The notes: generated by a model not told the origin, from the sequence alone. 64,000 bases of DNA from Terriglobia bacterium (GCA_965218585.1 CBDCLE010000009.1:32001-96000); one strand, 5' to 3'; positions 9,172 to 20,446 are shown, numbered from the stretch's first letter. Program-made: numbers and translations.

Positions 9172-11421
9172 ATGTTCAGATTCGTTTTTATCTTTGTCTT
9201 ATTGATTGGTTCGTTTGGACTTGAAGGCGCAGCTCAAGAGGGAATCTCCAATTTCGAAGACCGCCGGACGATGACGGCTGCGAGAATCCCGGACGGCGTG
9301 TCCATCGATCTTGACGGCCGACTCGACGAGGCGGCCTGGGAATTGGCTTCGCCGGCGACAGACTTTATTCAGATCGAGCCTGATAACGGTTCGCCCGCCA
9401 CCGAACGGACCGAGGTTTTCATTATCTACACCGACAGTACGCTCTATATGGGCGTTATCGCTTACGACTCGGAGCCAACCGAATTGAAAGGGAACACGAT
9501 GGCCCGCGATGCGTTTCTCTCCGCGGACGATCGGTTCATGTGGATCTTTGATACCTATCTGGATGAACGGACCGGCTACTTCTTCGAGATCAATCCATCG
9601 GGCGCTATGGGCGACAGCCTCGTTGGAGGTGGCGGTGGGAATGGTGGTGGCGGCGGAGGTTTCGGAGGCAATTCCGCTCGCGCGTGGGACGGCATCTGGA
9701 CTGCACGTGTACGTCAGAGCGAGATCGGATGGGTCGCCGAAATCGAGATGCCGGTCCGAACCCTGAACTTCGATCCGAACAGCCAGGCGTGGGGCATCAA
9801 CTTTCAACGGACCGTGCGCCGGAAGAACGAAGAAATGATCTGGAATGGCTTTGCCCGCAACGCAACGCTCCAACAGATGTCCAACGCAGGACTGGTGACA
9901 GGTCTGGAGGGGCTCAATCAGGGTGTAGGTCTGGACATCAGCCCGTATGCCGTGGGTTCTGCGCTTTATGATTCGCGTGTCACAGATCCTAACAATCGAA
10001 CCTCCTACGCCGGCGATGCGGGTGTGGACTTTGTCTACAGCGTGACGCCAAGCCTTCGCGCGAACTTCACGATCAACACGGATTTTGCCGAAACCGAAGT
10101 CGACACCAGGCAGGTCAACCTGACGCGTTTTCCGCTTCGATTCCCTGAAAAGCGTGAGTTCTTTCTCGAGGGCAACAACTTCTTTACGCTGGCTGATTTC
10201 GGAGACGCGTTCTTCAGCCGTCGTATCGGTCTTAACGAAGGCTTACCCCAAAGGATTGAGTATGGAGCCAAGTTGACGGGTCAGGTGGGCGCGCAGGACA
10301 TCGGGGCCTTGCAGGTTCGGACTGCCGACGAGAATGGCCTCCTCGGCGAGGACTTCACTGTCTTGCGAGGGAAGCGGCGGTTCTGGAGTGAATCTTTCGT
10401 CGGGATGCTCTACACGCGCCGCGCAGCGAGAGAAAGTGACATCATCAGCCCGGCGGCACCGACGACGCCCGACCTCCACACCGTCGGATTTGACTTCAAC
10501 GCGAACACGAGGACCTTCCTGGGAGACAAGAACCTCAGCTTTCAGTCGAGTTATATCCACACGACGAATCCGGCCGACACCGGGAAAAGTGCCCGTTACG
10601 GCATCAAACTCGACTACAACAACGATCTGATCAACTCGGGTTTTCATTTCAGCGAGACGCAGGCCAATTTCGATCCCTCCCTTGGGTTCGTCACGCGGCG
10701 AGGCGTCAAGGAGATCCGGTCGGGTTTTATGGTGTCCCCCCGTCCAGCGAATCATCCGTTGATCCGGCAGTACACGTTCATGATCATGTTGATCCAGGCC
10801 ACGGACAGTAAGAATCAGCTGCTCTCGCGCGATCTCAATCTAAACCTGTTCCAGCTGAACTTTCATTCAGGGGACAATTTTTCGATCCAGATTGTGCCTT
10901 CGTATGAGCGCCTGGAACGGAATTTCAGGCAGGCCGATCGGAAGACCGTTTTGCAGGCGGGAGAAGAGTATCGATTTACCCGATATAACTTCAACTGGGG
11001 GACGAGCGGTCAGCGACCCCTCGCTCTGGGCGGCCGTATTTCCTTGGGGAGTTACTTCAACGGTACTCGACGGGATATCAGTCCCAGCCTGTCGCTGCGC
11101 CCGCAGAACGGACTGATCATCAACTTGAGTGCCCAGTTCAGCCGGATCGATCTCGAAGAAGGCAACTTTTCGACCAGTCTCTTGCAAGCCGACTTCAACA
11201 AGCAGTTCAGCCCGTGGATCCAGGCCTCGAGCAACATCCAGTACGATACGGTCAGCCGGATTCTCGGATGGCAGGCACGGTTCCGCTGGATCCTCAGACC
11301 CGGCAACGACATCTTCTTTGTTTACACGCAGAACTGGCTCTCAGATCCAAACGGAGTGAACGGGCTGGAGACTATCGACCGGAAAGCAGCGTCCAAGCTC
11401 GTTTACACCCACCGTTTTTAG
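9172..11421 (+). CDS. CBM9-like / DUF5916 outer-membrane protein
   Basis: Signal peptide, LDGRLDE..W, NTDFAETEVD, PEKREFFLEG, FFSRRIGL, and a beta-barrel-type C-terminus ending in F. Confidence 0.8.
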   Translation: MFRFVFIFVLLIGSFGLEGAAQEGISNFEDRRTMTAARIPDGVSIDLDGRLDEAAWELASPATDFIQIEPDNGSPATERTEVFIIYTDSTLYMGVIAYDSEPTELKGNTMARDAFLSADDRFMWIFDTYLDERTGYFFEINPSGAMGDSLVGGGGGNGGGGGGFGGNSARAWDGIWTARVRQSEIGWVAEIEMPVRTLNFDPNSQAWGINFQRTVRRKNEEMIWNGFARNATLQQMSNAGLVTGLEGLNQGVGLDISPYAVGSALYDSRVTDPNNRTSYAGDAGVDFVYSVTPSLRANFTINTDFAETEVDTRQVNLTRFPLRFPEKREFFLEGNNFFTLADFGDAFFSRRIGLNEGLPQRIEYGAKLTGQVGAQDIGALQVRTADENGLLGEDFTVLRGKRRFWSESFVGMLYTRRAARESDIISPAAPTTPDLHTVGFDFNANTRTFLGDKNLSFQSSYIHTTNPADTGKSARYGIKLDYNNDLINSGFHFSETQANFDPSLGFVTRRGVKEIRSGFMVSPRPANHPLIRQYTFMIMLIQATDSKNQLLSRDLNLNLFQLNFHSGDNFSIQIVPSYERLERNFRQADRKTVLQAGEEYRFTRYNFNWGTSGQRPLALGGRISLGSYFNGTRRDISPSLSLRPQNGLIINLSAQFSRIDLEEGNFSTSLLQADFNKQFSPWIQASSNIQYDTVSRILGWQARFRWILRPGNDIFFVYTQNWLSDPNGVNGLETIDRKAASKLVYTHRF

Positions 11422-11571
11422 GGTTTTGTAAAAAAACTGGGCAGGATTCCTTAAACCGAATATTATCCGGTGAAGTCCAAACGCACGAGATATTCGTTTT
11501 ACGGGGAGGCTTAGCCTCGTAGTAGCGCTTCGCATTTTAAAAAAGCTCGATCGGTCGAGGAGGTTCCTCTG

Positions 11572-14433
11572 GTGGACGCTGTTTGGCAAGACATCAAGTA
11601 CGGATTACGGATGCTGTTCAAGGATCCGGCGTTTACGGCAGTTGCAGTCCTGACGCTGGCCCTGGGCATAGGGGCGACCGCGGCCATATTCAGCGTCGTC
11701 AATGCGGTGATGTTGCGGCCGCCTCCGTTCCGTGATCCGGACCGGGTCGTTCAGGTGTTGATCGACAGGGCTCCGGGAGCCCCAACAGGAGGTTTTGACA
11801 CCTTACCACTTCCCCGAGATGATGTCCTTCCCGTCCGAGAGCAGTCGGAAACGACCCTCGGTCTCGGACTGGTTGAAAACCAGGACTATACGCTGACCGG
11901 CTTTCAGACTCCTGTGCGACTGAACGCAGCCCGAGTTTCCCCCGCCCTGCTACGGACGCTTGGGATTGTGCCTATCCTTGGGCGCGTCTTTGAAGACGAT
12001 GAAGAAACGCCGGGCAACGATCGTGTCGCGCTTCTGGGTGAGACGCTCTGGCAGCGACAATTCGAATCTGACCCCGACATTCTTGGTCGGGTAATCACGC
12101 TGGATGACGATCCTTACACTGTTGTCGGTGTGTTCGGAAGCGATCTCAACTTTCCCCAGCCAGAGACGGAACTATGGGTCCCGGTCGCTCTCTCGCCTGC
12201 GTCAGAACGGGTGCAGGGTCGCGTCGCCGTGACCGGCCCGGCCATCGCACGCCTGGGGGACGGCGTCAGCATCGAACAGGCTACGGCTGAAATAAACACG
12301 ATCTTCAGACGGCTATACCCGACAGTTTCCGCTACCGACGTCGGTCCTCAAGGTCCCCAAGGTCCTGGAAGGGGTACGGGAGTCGCCCCCAACGCCACTG
12401 GCGGGCGAGGTCAACGAGGGGGTGGTCCGGGTGGCCCCGGTGGTACAGCAGTTGCGCGAGGTGGGCCGGGCGGCCCGGGCGGTGGTCCGGGTGGTGTTGA
12501 GGTTGAGCAAGGCGGTCCCGGTGGTACAGCGGTTGCGCGAGGTGGTCCGGGTGGCCCCGGTGGTACAGCAGTTGCGCGAGGTGGGCTGGGCGGCCCGGGC
12601 GGTGGTCCGGGTGGTGTTGAGGTTGAGCAAGGCGGTCCCGGTGGTACAGCGGTTGCGCGAGGTGGGCCAGGTGGCCCGGGTGGTACAGCCGTCGCTCGAG
12701 GCGGCCCAGGCGGCCCGGGAGGCCCAGGTGGTCCGGGCGGCCGGGGGCGTGGACAGGGTCCCGGGGGAAGAGGCGGTGGACCAGGGGGCAACCCGATGGC
12801 GGATGCCACTGTCCGCCTGGTCCCTTTCCAGGAGCAGCTGATCAATGACGTTCGACCCGCGCTCCTCGTTCTCATGGGAGCGGTCTCGCTGGTCTTGCTG
12901 ATAGCGTGTGCCAATGTTGCCAACCTTCTGTTGACACGTGCCAGCGGTCGATCCATGGAGATGGGCGTTCGTGTAGCGCTCGGAGCGGGGCGGGTCCGTA
13001 TTCTAAGACAAGTATTCACCGAAAGCATTGTCCTGGCGATCACGGGTGGTGTTTGTGGCGTGGTGTTTGCCTATGGAGGTGTCCGCGCCCTGAACGTTAT
13101 TCAACCCGGGACGATACCGAGGATCGAGAGCGTCAACATCGACTCCACAGTTCTCTTATTCACACTGGGAATCTCGCTTCTGACCGGTCTCGTTTTCGGA
13201 CTTGTCCCCGCGTTTCGGCTCTCAAACTACGAACGTTCCGAGGCGCTGAAGGAAGGGCGGACTCTGGCCTCTGCCGGAAAGACGCGCGGAGTCCTGGTGA
13301 TGACTGAGGTTGCCCTGGCCGTCGTTCTTTTGATCGGCGGGGGTCTGCTGATCGGAAGCTTCACGAATCTTGCCAGCGTAGATCCGGGCTACGACCCCGA
13401 AAACGTCCTGACGTTCAGCATGGATCTGCCCGAAACACGGTATGCCGAGCACCCGCAACGCAAAGCCTTCTACGATCGACTGCTCGGGCGGATTCGGGAA
13501 ATGAACGGCGTGGAGACTGCCGGGGCAACGTCTGCCGTTCCGTTGGTGGACGAGATCATTCGTCTGGGATTCCGTCTTCCCGGGGAAACCGAGCCGCTTT
13601 TTACCGATCTTCGAATCGTGACGCCGGGCTACTTAGAGACGATGGGGATCGAGTTGATCGAAGGCCGCTCACAGACCGACCAGGATCGGAACGGACTGAT
13701 TGTCGTCAACCAGGAGTTTGCCAGCCGTTACTTTCCTGAGGGTGCGCTCGGACAGCAGTTTCAACTGGGACCGCTTGGTAACCTTGAAATTATCGGCGTG
13801 GCTGGGGACATACTCAATCAGGGCCTGGAGGGCACACCACAACCGGGAGTCTACATAAACTACGCCGAGGTGGGTGCAACAGGCATAGCCGGTATCGGGT
13901 TGATGATTGCTGTCAAGACTACGGGCGAGCCTTCGAATCTTATTAGTAGCGTTCGGACCGCGGTCCTCGACATCGATCCTTCCATCCCTCTGGACGACGT
14001 TCGAACGATGGAAGAACGTCTCTACTCCTCGGTGGCCCAGCCCCGGTTTTACGCGATATTGCTGGGGATCTTCGCAGGCTTGGCACTCGTCCTGGCGTCG
14101 GTTGGGATCTATGGCGTCCTGGCCTATTCGGTCGCACAAAGAACCCGGGAAATCGGGATCCGGATGGCTCTGGGTGCCCAGAAATCCAAGATTCTCGGTA
14201 TGATCGTTTCCCAGGGAATGTTTTTGACGCTGATCGGGATCGTCGCCGGACTCTTCGGTGCTTTCGCGCTGACGCGTTACCTGGAAAGCCTGCTCTTCGG
14301 TCTGACCTCGTTGGATCCGGTGACGTTCTCGGGCATGACGCTTATCCTGATCCTGACGGCGATGGTCGCGTGTTACCTGCCGGCGCGGCGAGCCACGCGT
14401 GTGGATCCAATCGACGCCCTACGCCACGAATAG
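11572..14433 (+). CDS. ADOP-type duplicated ABC permease (MacB/FtsX-like) with a Gly-Pro-rich insertion
   Basis: [42 protein letters not shown] and [15 protein letters not shown]. Confidence 0.92.
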   Translation: MDAVWQDIKYGLRMLFKDPAFTAVAVLTLALGIGATAAIFSVVNAVMLRPPPFRDPDRVVQVLIDRAPGAPTGGFDTLPLPRDDVLPVREQSETTLGLGLVENQDYTLTGFQTPVRLNAARVSPALLRTLGIVPILGRVFEDDEETPGNDRVALLGETLWQRQFESDPDILGRVITLDDDPYTVVGVFGSDLNFPQPETELWVPVALSPASERVQGRVAVTGPAIARLGDGVSIEQATAEINTIFRRLYPTVSATDVGPQGPQGPGRGTGVAPNATGGRGQRGGGPGGPGGTAVARGGPGGPGGGPGGVEVEQGGPGGTAVARGGPGGPGGTAVARGGLGGPGGGPGGVEVEQGGPGGTAVARGGPGGPGGTAVARGGPGGPGGPGGPGGRGRGQGPGGRGGGPGGNPMADATVRLVPFQEQLINDVRPALLVLMGAVSLVLLIACANVANLLLTRASGRSMEMGVRVALGAGRVRILRQVFTESIVLAITGGVCGVVFAYGGVRALNVIQPGTIPRIESVNIDSTVLLFTLGISLLTGLVFGLVPAFRLSNYERSEALKEGRTLASAGKTRGVLVMTEVALAVVLLIGGGLLIGSFTNLASVDPGYDPENVLTFSMDLPETRYAEHPQRKAFYDRLLGRIREMNGVETAGATSAVPLVDEIIRLGFRLPGETEPLFTDLRIVTPGYLETMGIELIEGRSQTDQDRNGLIVVNQEFASRYFPEGALGQQFQLGPLGNLEIIGVAGDILNQGLEGTPQPGVYINYAEVGATGIAGIGLMIAVKTTGEPSNLISSVRTAVLDIDPSIPLDDVRTMEERLYSSVAQPRFYAILLGIFAGLALVLASVGIYGVLAYSVAQRTREIGIRMALGAQKSKILGMIVSQGMFLTLIGIVAGLFGAFALTRYLESLLFGLTSLDPVTFSGMTLILILTAMVACYLPARRATRVDPIDALRHE
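12421..12720 (+). repeat. In-frame 120-bp tandem repeat (about 2.5 units) encoding [13 protein letters not shown] / GGVEVEQ
   Basis: 12421-12540 and 12541-12660 are almost identical, followed by a degenerate partial unit. Confidence 0.9.
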
Positions 14434-14452
14434 TCCAGAAACGTCGTAGAAT

Positions 14453-14538
14453 CTGTAGGTGCGGGCATCCCTTAGCATGGGGCCCACCGTCCTTCGGCCG
14501 GTTCCCCCGTGCCGAGGGGCGCGACAAAAGGCCTGCAG
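14453..14538. repeat. Composite REP element with an internal hairpin
   Basis: CTGTAGGT..CCTGCAG ends. The inner TAGCATGGGGCCCACCGTCC..CGGTTCCCCC is shared with 19747-19856. Confidence 0.65.
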
Positions 14539-14543
14539 AGCAC

Positions 14544-15497
14544 ATGACGGATACCGATCTCACCCAGCTCTACGTAGACGTACGCGATGCCCATCTCCAG
14601 CCGCTATGGGTCGATACGAGTTCGTATATTCCGGCCCAACCTGGTCCCGAGGTCGTCCCGGCGCACTGGCCGGCCGAAGAGGTGTTCCCACTGCTTCGTG
14701 AGGCGGGGCGGAAGGTTCCTCCCGAGCTCGCCGATCGGCGGGTCCTGGTTTGTAACAACCCGGCGTCGCCCTCGTTTTCGGGAACCACGCAGACTCTCTA
14801 CGCCTGTGTCCAGCTACTCCTGCCGGGTGAGGGGACGTCCGAGCACCGGCACTCACAAAGTGCTTTCCGGTTCGTTTTGAGCGGTGAAGGGGCCGCGACG
14901 ATCCTGAACGGCCGTGAAGTTCCGATGGCCAGGGGCGACCTCATCGTCACGCCTCCCTGGACATGGCACGGCCACGTCAACGATTCTTCGAATGAAATGA
15001 TCTGGCTCGACGGGGTCGACAACGCCATCGTTAAACTGTTCGATGCGACGTTTCTGGAAAGCCGTCCCGAGAAACGGTCCGGTTTAGATGACATGCCTTA
15101 TTGGCATTATGAGTGGACGACGATGAAACGTCGATTGGATGAGCACGCGCAGTCCGGAACCGCCGATCCGTCGCATGGCTACCGCATCCGGTATCTCGAT
15201 CCAAAGACCAAGAGTGACCCGTTGCCGACGATGGCGGCCTATCTCGGCCATCTTCCCGGAGGCTTTAAAGGGAAGCCGTACCGATCCTCCGACAGTGTTG
15301 TGTGCGTTGTGGTCAGCGGTCGCGGGCGGACGATGTTGGAGGGGACCACGATCGAGTGGTCCGAAAACGACATTTTCACCATCCCCACGTGGGCAACCTA
15401 CCAGCACGAGGTCAGCGAGGATGCCGTTCTGTTTTCTTTCTCGGATAGAACGGCTCAGGAGAGACTGGAATGCTGGAGAGAACAGCCTGGTGGCTGA
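14544..15497 (+). CDS. Gentisate 1,2-dioxygenase-like bicupin
   Basis: RRVL..NP, QLLLPGE..HRH.QSAFRFV, WTWHGH, WLDGVD and LFSFSD. Confidence 0.85.
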   Translation: MTDTDLTQLYVDVRDAHLQPLWVDTSSYIPAQPGPEVVPAHWPAEEVFPLLREAGRKVPPELADRRVLVCNNPASPSFSGTTQTLYACVQLLLPGEGTSEHRHSQSAFRFVLSGEGAATILNGREVPMARGDLIVTPPWTWHGHVNDSSNEMIWLDGVDNAIVKLFDATFLESRPEKRSGLDDMPYWHYEWTTMKRRLDEHAQSGTADPSHGYRIRYLDPKTKSDPLPTMAAYLGHLPGGFKGKPYRSSDSVVCVVVSGRGRTMLEGTTIEWSENDIFTIPTWATYQHEVSEDAVLFSFSDRTAQERLECWREQPGG

Positions 15498-16320
15498 GAT
15501 CGTCTCCAGACTCCTTCCGACGAAGCCTCGAATTTCCATCGCAAGCGCGGGCCGTGGAGACTTCATCGTGTTTCTCCATGGTCTGGGAAGCACGAAGGAG
15601 AACTGGCACCCCCAGCTTGACCATTTCAGCCGGACACACCACGCCGTCGCCTGGGATGCACGCGGATACGGAGAAAGCGATGATTACGAAGGCGAGCTCG
15701 TGTTCGGGCGGGATTTTGTCAGCGATCTTCTGTCGGTGATGGACTTGCTCGAGGCCGGGACCGCACATCTTGTCGGCCTTTCAATGGGCGGCATCATCGC
15801 TCAGTGCTTCTATTTTGCCCATCCCGATCGCGTCCGAAGCCTTGTCCTTGCAGACAGTTTTCCAAGCTTTCAGGTAATCGGCGCTGCCGCCGTTAAGGGC
15901 TTCCTTGCTGCGCGGGTTGATCCGCTGTTGGAAGGTGCCACGCCGGCCGATCTGGCTTCGGAAGCAGCGAGGGCTATGCTGGCTCCCGGCGCGCCCGAGA
16001 GTGCGCGCGAGCTTCTGTTGGCAAGTTTGTCCAATCTACGAACAGACTCTTATGTGAAAGCCGCCCGTGCTCTGGCCGCACAGGAAGCTGTCGGGAAGTT
16101 GGAGGACATAGCGGTTCCCACGCTGGTGCTGACTGGAGAATTAGACCTTCTGGCGCCTGTCTCCCTTGCCCGCGAAATGTCGGAGCGGATTCCCGGTTCG
16201 GAGTTGGCCATTATCCCGGAAGCCGGTCACATTTCAAATCTCGAACGCCCCGAAGAGTTCAACAGGGTGGTGTCTCGATTTGTCCAGGGTCATTCAGTTG
16301 TGGCCACGGAGCTCGCTTGA
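15490..16320 (+). CDS. Alpha/beta hydrolase (PcaD/BioH-like)
   Basis: HGLG, DARGYG, GLSMGG nucleophile and AGH..NLE. The GTG start overlaps the upstream stop. Confidence 0.88.
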   Translation: MAEIVSRLLPTKPRISIASAGRGDFIVFLHGLGSTKENWHPQLDHFSRTHHAVAWDARGYGESDDYEGELVFGRDFVSDLLSVMDLLEAGTAHLVGLSMGGIIAQCFYFAHPDRVRSLVLADSFPSFQVIGAAAVKGFLAARVDPLLEGATPADLASEAARAMLAPGAPESARELLLASLSNLRTDSYVKAARALAAQEAVGKLEDIAVPTLVLTGELDLLAPVSLAREMSERIPGSELAIIPEAGHISNLERPEEFNRVVSRFVQGHSVVATELA

Positions 16321-16760
16321 AAACTTTCCCGTTTCGATCGTGGTTTGTCTGGGTCTTGCTGTCGAGCTTCGTCGCCTCGGGCTGCGGCCCCGCAAATCCA
16401 GGTCTGGAGAGATTCGAAGAAACCGAATGGATCGAGCTGGGATCCGTCGATGTGGAATCGATGGTCGGAGATAGACGGGGTTCCGATGTGGATGCCACCG
16501 GCGTCTTCACCCTGGGTGGGGACCGGATGATGCTTTCGATGGAATTCGTTCTGGGTCCACCAGCACGCTTCGTCGAAGGCCGGCATAACTCAAGGATCGG
16601 ACAGACGTCTTTTGAAGGATCGTTGTCGGCTGAATCCGTGACGTTCCTTGGTGGACAAAACGCTCGGCCATCCATCGGAGGAGTCTTCCTCTTCGAGAAT
16701 CTTACCGATGGCGTGCGCTATCGGCTTCGCTTCCCACCAACCCCGATTCTCCCGTCCTGA
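16317..16760 (+). CDS. Hypothetical lipoprotein
   Basis: Lipobox-like ASGC, translationally coupled to the hydrolase. Confidence 0.6.
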   Translation: MKTFPFRSWFVWVLLSSFVASGCGPANPGLERFEETEWIELGSVDVESMVGDRRGSDVDATGVFTLGGDRMMLSMEFVLGPPARFVEGRHNSRIGQTSFEGSLSAESVTFLGGQNARPSIGGVFLFENLTDGVRYRLRFPPTPILPS

Positions 16761-16763
16761 TTC

Positions 16764-18950
16764 TTATTCAAACCCCGGACGGTAACGCCGGATCGTCGCG
16801 CGCTCTACGTCTTCGAGTGTGTAGGCGACGCTTTTCATCTCCCCTTGGGCAAAGAGCGCGGCCTGGTCCCAGTGATGGGGCGAATCTTCCTTCGCGCTCT
16901 GGCCGTACCCTAGGATTGAGTAGGCGCGAGGAGGATCTGTGAACTCCACCGCGATGACCCATCCATCCCCGCCATCGACCCGTCGTCTGCCATCGTTGTC
17001 GTCGTCGAAGTTAAGAACTCGGAAGCAACCCATCGCGCTACGGCATCCACTCACCGGTGCATCCACTGAACCCCGGCGAACACGGTGGGCCTCTCCCCAG
17101 GCGACGTCGACAGATCCGAAGCGGCTCGTGGTTTCCTCTATGGCGTCCTCGAAGAGCTGAGCCGCGAGATCCGGGTCCGCAAGTCCACGTGGCGTATCCA
17201 TAGGTGCATCAGGCGCCCATTCGTCGGCGAACGGGATGGCGTCCTGCTCGTCGCCACCTCCGAGTGTCCGGGTGTAGATCCGCCACCACTCGTTAAAAAG
17301 CACAGCTCCCCGGCTTTCCGCGCTTGCCGTGTTGTCCCAGCGCTCGAGCAGGGCGAGGGCGGCGTCTTGTCGCGGATCAGCCGGCGCCTCTCGATGGGTC
17401 CGGACAGCCTGGATGAGTTCGTTCTTGACTCGATCGGCCAAGAGCATGCGGTAGCTGTGCTTGAGTTCGACGACATCTTCGAGTGAGAAGCGCTCGTCGT
17501 TGTCTATCAAGAGAACAGAGTGTTGGCTTCTGAGTCCGAATTCGTTTTCCTCGAAGTAATCAGGGTAGTCTGCCGGATCCAGCGGTTGTCGCATGTTCGT
17601 GAACCACGGCCCGTCGTTTTCATCGCGGATGTAACCGCCCGTCGGATTCAGCAATTGAGGCAGGGAATCCAGATCGTGAAGCTCGGTCCAGATTTCTTCG
17701 GTACGTGAGGCGGGGACGGGAAGATCCTCGCCGGCCGGATGAGGTCTTACTGGAATGGCCGCATTCCATATGTAGAAGATGTTGCCCTCGGCATCGGCGT
17801 ACGTGAAGTTCGAGCTCGGGTGAGCCCTCAACTGCATGGCGTCTCTCCATTCTTCGAGGTTGGTTGCCTGAATCAGTTTCAGGAATTGCTCTCCTGCGCG
17901 GAACTCGCCGTCTTCGGCTGTCCGCATCACGTAAATCTGGCCATCCTGCTGATGAATGACTGGGCCGATGTGTGTTGAAACTCTCTGGCGGGTCTCCGTT
18001 CTCAATACCTCGCCGTCCAGGTAGGGAATCATCAGCTCGTCCTTGATCAGTGGCATCGATGTGCCGTTGAACAGGTAGTAGTCCTCACGGTTCGGGTCTG
18101 CTTCCAGTCGGTAAACCTCTGTCCGGTTGGCCGAGTTGTTCGTCGTTGCGAATCCAAGCTGGCGATTGAACCCACCAATGATTCCCAGGGGGCCTCCGAT
18201 GCGAAAGTCGCCGTAGAAGTCCAGTCGACCCGGCATGACCGCGTGAACCTCCCAGTAGCCGGCGTCCCACCCGAGATGGGGATTGCGCATCAGGATGGCA
18301 GCGTTCGATGTCGTGCGGCTCGGGGCCAGAGCCCATGCGCTGGAGCCTTCTTCTATAGCACTGTCGGCGTCGGGGTTCTCGTCTGGATCGATCGACACGG
18401 CGGTGTCGGTGCCTTGAATGCGCTGGATCCATCGGCGTATCTGTCGCGGATTCGTTCGATAGACATACAGCGCGGCTACGTCGTAACCGGTGAAGTTGGG
18501 TTCCATCCACGGCAGAAATTCGTCCGCGTGACGCTCGACATAGCGGTTGACGCCGGCGGCGAAGCCCTCGTATACGTCGCGCGTGTCCTGCTCGAGCTGG
18601 GAATAGACCTCAATCGCGAGAAGGTAATACGGTCGGCTCTCGAAATCGGAGTTGAGCGCCCGACGACCCTCGTAGCGGGCCAGCTCGCCACGGGCACGAA
18701 TCATTCCGATTGGCACGCGGTCGCCATAATCCTCGAGTTGGAGATATCCCAACGCGTAGCCCAGAGCCTGGAAGTTGTCCGCATATATGTGAGGGACGCC
18801 GTAATCGGTACGAATCACTTCCACCTGTTCTGCCAGCGCCGCAGGTTCAGGCCGTGACAGAAGTCCGGGCGTTGGGGCCGGTCGCCGAACTGCAGGCGCG
18901 CAGCCCGCCAGAACGAGCACCAAGATTGCAATAGGATGGGTCCGTCTCAT
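16764..18950 (-). CDS. Penicillin/cephalosporin acylase family Ntn-hydrolase (S45), lipoprotein
   Basis: Lipobox LAGC, YGVPHIYA, GS(S)AWA beta-chain start, NPHL.W and GQS..SPH..DQ. Confidence 0.9.
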   Translation of the reverse strand: MRRTHPIAILVLVLAGCAPAVRRPAPTPGLLSRPEPAALAEQVEVIRTDYGVPHIYADNFQALGYALGYLQLEDYGDRVPIGMIRARGELARYEGRRALNSDFESRPYYLLAIEVYSQLEQDTRDVYEGFAAGVNRYVERHADEFLPWMEPNFTGYDVAALYVYRTNPRQIRRWIQRIQGTDTAVSIDPDENPDADSAIEEGSSAWALAPSRTTSNAAILMRNPHLGWDAGYWEVHAVMPGRLDFYGDFRIGGPLGIIGGFNRQLGFATTNNSANRTEVYRLEADPNREDYYLFNGTSMPLIKDELMIPYLDGEVLRTETRQRVSTHIGPVIHQQDGQIYVMRTAEDGEFRAGEQFLKLIQATNLEEWRDAMQLRAHPSSNFTYADAEGNIFYIWNAAIPVRPHPAGEDLPVPASRTEEIWTELHDLDSLPQLLNPTGGYIRDENDGPWFTNMRQPLDPADYPDYFEENEFGLRSQHSVLLIDNDERFSLEDVVELKHSYRMLLADRVKNELIQAVRTHREAPADPRQDAALALLERWDNTASAESRGAVLFNEWWRIYTRTLGGGDEQDAIPFADEWAPDAPMDTPRGLADPDLAAQLFEDAIEETTSRFGSVDVAWGEAHRVRRGSVDAPVSGCRSAMGCFRVLNFDDDNDGRRRVDGGDGWVIAVEFTDPPRAYSILGYGQSAKEDSPHHWDQAALFAQGEMKSVAYTLEDVERATIRRYRPGFE

Positions 18951-19133
18951 AAGGACACTAACGAAAGAACACCAGGTATCCGATTGCGGCCAGAATAGCC
19001 ATGTAGAGAAGCAAAGAGACAGGAAAGATCCAGACCGATCGCAATTCGCCTTCGGGCTTGTCGCTCATCGTTCAATCATCACTGAAGCGAAAGGTCAGGA
19101 AGCAGGCTCCTCGGTCGGCCTGCCTCCTAAACC

Positions 19134-19624
19134 TTAGTCCTCTTCTCCCGCAGCGACTATGGCGGGGACGTGTTGTTCCAGGGCGCCGTGGACCATGTGG
19201 ATCATCCAGCTCCCGCCGGTCTGTTGGAGGACAACGCTGGCTGTCCCGGGAAGTGTTACCGGGTTCCCCTCGAATAGCGACACGAATTCATAGTTGAACG
19301 AAACCCAGCCGGTGTTCTCCCAGACCTCGCCGCGCATGCCCGAGATCTCGATACTCTCACCCTCGCCGGTGACCCTGCCGACTCATGCGGGAGCCGGCAG
19401 TGCATGCCCGTCTTCATCCAGGAAAAGGCGCCCTCCGCCAGCATGGCCATCAGAGCGTCTTCGTCGTGACTGTTGATGGCTTCGACGATGCCGTTGGCGA
19501 CATCCTGCATCGCCTGTGGGGGCGCGGCGCCTCGGCCTCGACCTCTGCCTCTTTGCGCCGAAGCCGGCACGCTGGCGAGGAATACGAGCGTCACGAGAAT
19601 TGTTACGAATTTGAGTCTGTTCAT
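19134..19624 (-). pseudogene. Secreted NTF2/SnoaL-like protein, disrupted
   Basis: Signal-peptide ORF shifts frame at ~19424 and meets an in-frame TGA at 19383-19385 before the C-terminal W.IHMVH segment. Confidence 0.6.
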
Positions 19625-19746
19625 GGGGCTCCTTGTACTCGATCGTTCCTGAAAGTGTTGTTTTCGAGATCCCGTTCGGCGGGGCGGACCTCCATCCTGT
19701 TCGCTACAGTATGGATAGCAGAGGTGAAATTGACAAGAACGCTCTT

Positions 19747-19856
19747 CTGTAGGTTCCGGACTGTTTCCTAGCATGGGGCCCACCGTCCTCCGGACGGTTC
19801 CCCCATGCCCTGACCGCGCGTTCTTATTGACGTGCGGTCATAGACCGCACCTACAG
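19747..19856. repeat. Composite REPIN
   Basis: CTGTAGG..[hairpin shared with 14453]..GTGCGGTCATAGACCGCACCTACAG. Confidence 0.75.
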
Positions 19857-20275
19857 TTAGCGCTGCTAAGGAGTCGTGGTGTTTTCGAGTTTTGAAGCCC
19901 GATGGCAGGGACTTCCTTGGACTCGGAAGGGAAGCTCCAGATATAGCCAAGAACGGCGGTCATCATTCCAACGAGCCCTATACGGACCCATAACGGGAGT
20001 GGGCCGAAGAACACCGGGTAACTCATCGTGAGAGCGACCAGGCTTGTTGCGATGCACTTCACGTGGAACCGGATCACGTGATTCCTCTGCCAGTCCTCCA
20101 GAACCGGACCGAAGAGGGGTTGGGAGAGCAACCATCTGTGCAGGGTTTTAGACCCCTTCGAAAAACAGAACGTGGACAGGATGACGAGGGGAGTCGTGGG
20201 CAACAATGGCAGGAAGATGCTAACGAAGGCGAGTCCCAGACAACCGAGGCCACAGCTTGTGTATACGAGTTTCAT
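19838..20275 (-). CDS. YbaN/DUF454 family membrane protein
   Basis: LPLLPTTPLVIL...CF.KGS..LH.WLL..P.FGP....W. Confidence 0.85.
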   Translation of the reverse strand: MKLVYTSCGLGCLGLAFVSIFLPLLPTTPLVILSTFCFSKGSKTLHRWLLSQPLFGPVLEDWQRNHVIRFHVKCIATSLVALTMSYPVFFGPLPLWVRIGLVGMMTAVLGYIWSFPSESKEVPAIGLQNSKTPRLLSSANCRCGL

Positions 20276-20446
20276 TCTTTCCTCTTCTGCTTGGTGCTCA
20301 GATATGCATACGCATTGCCAAAGTGATAGGAGAGGATGCCTGGGTTTAAGTGATTGGTACGTGTCGGGTTAGGTGTCGTCCGTGTCGAGGGAGGATTCCC
20401 GGCTGTGACGTGGGAGATCGGGCCAAGGCAGAAATTTGACAGGTCA

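Noticed and set aside
19383-19385. In-frame TGA as selenocysteine or recoding
   Set aside because: The context fits a mutated Trp codon and the gene also has a frameshift nearby.
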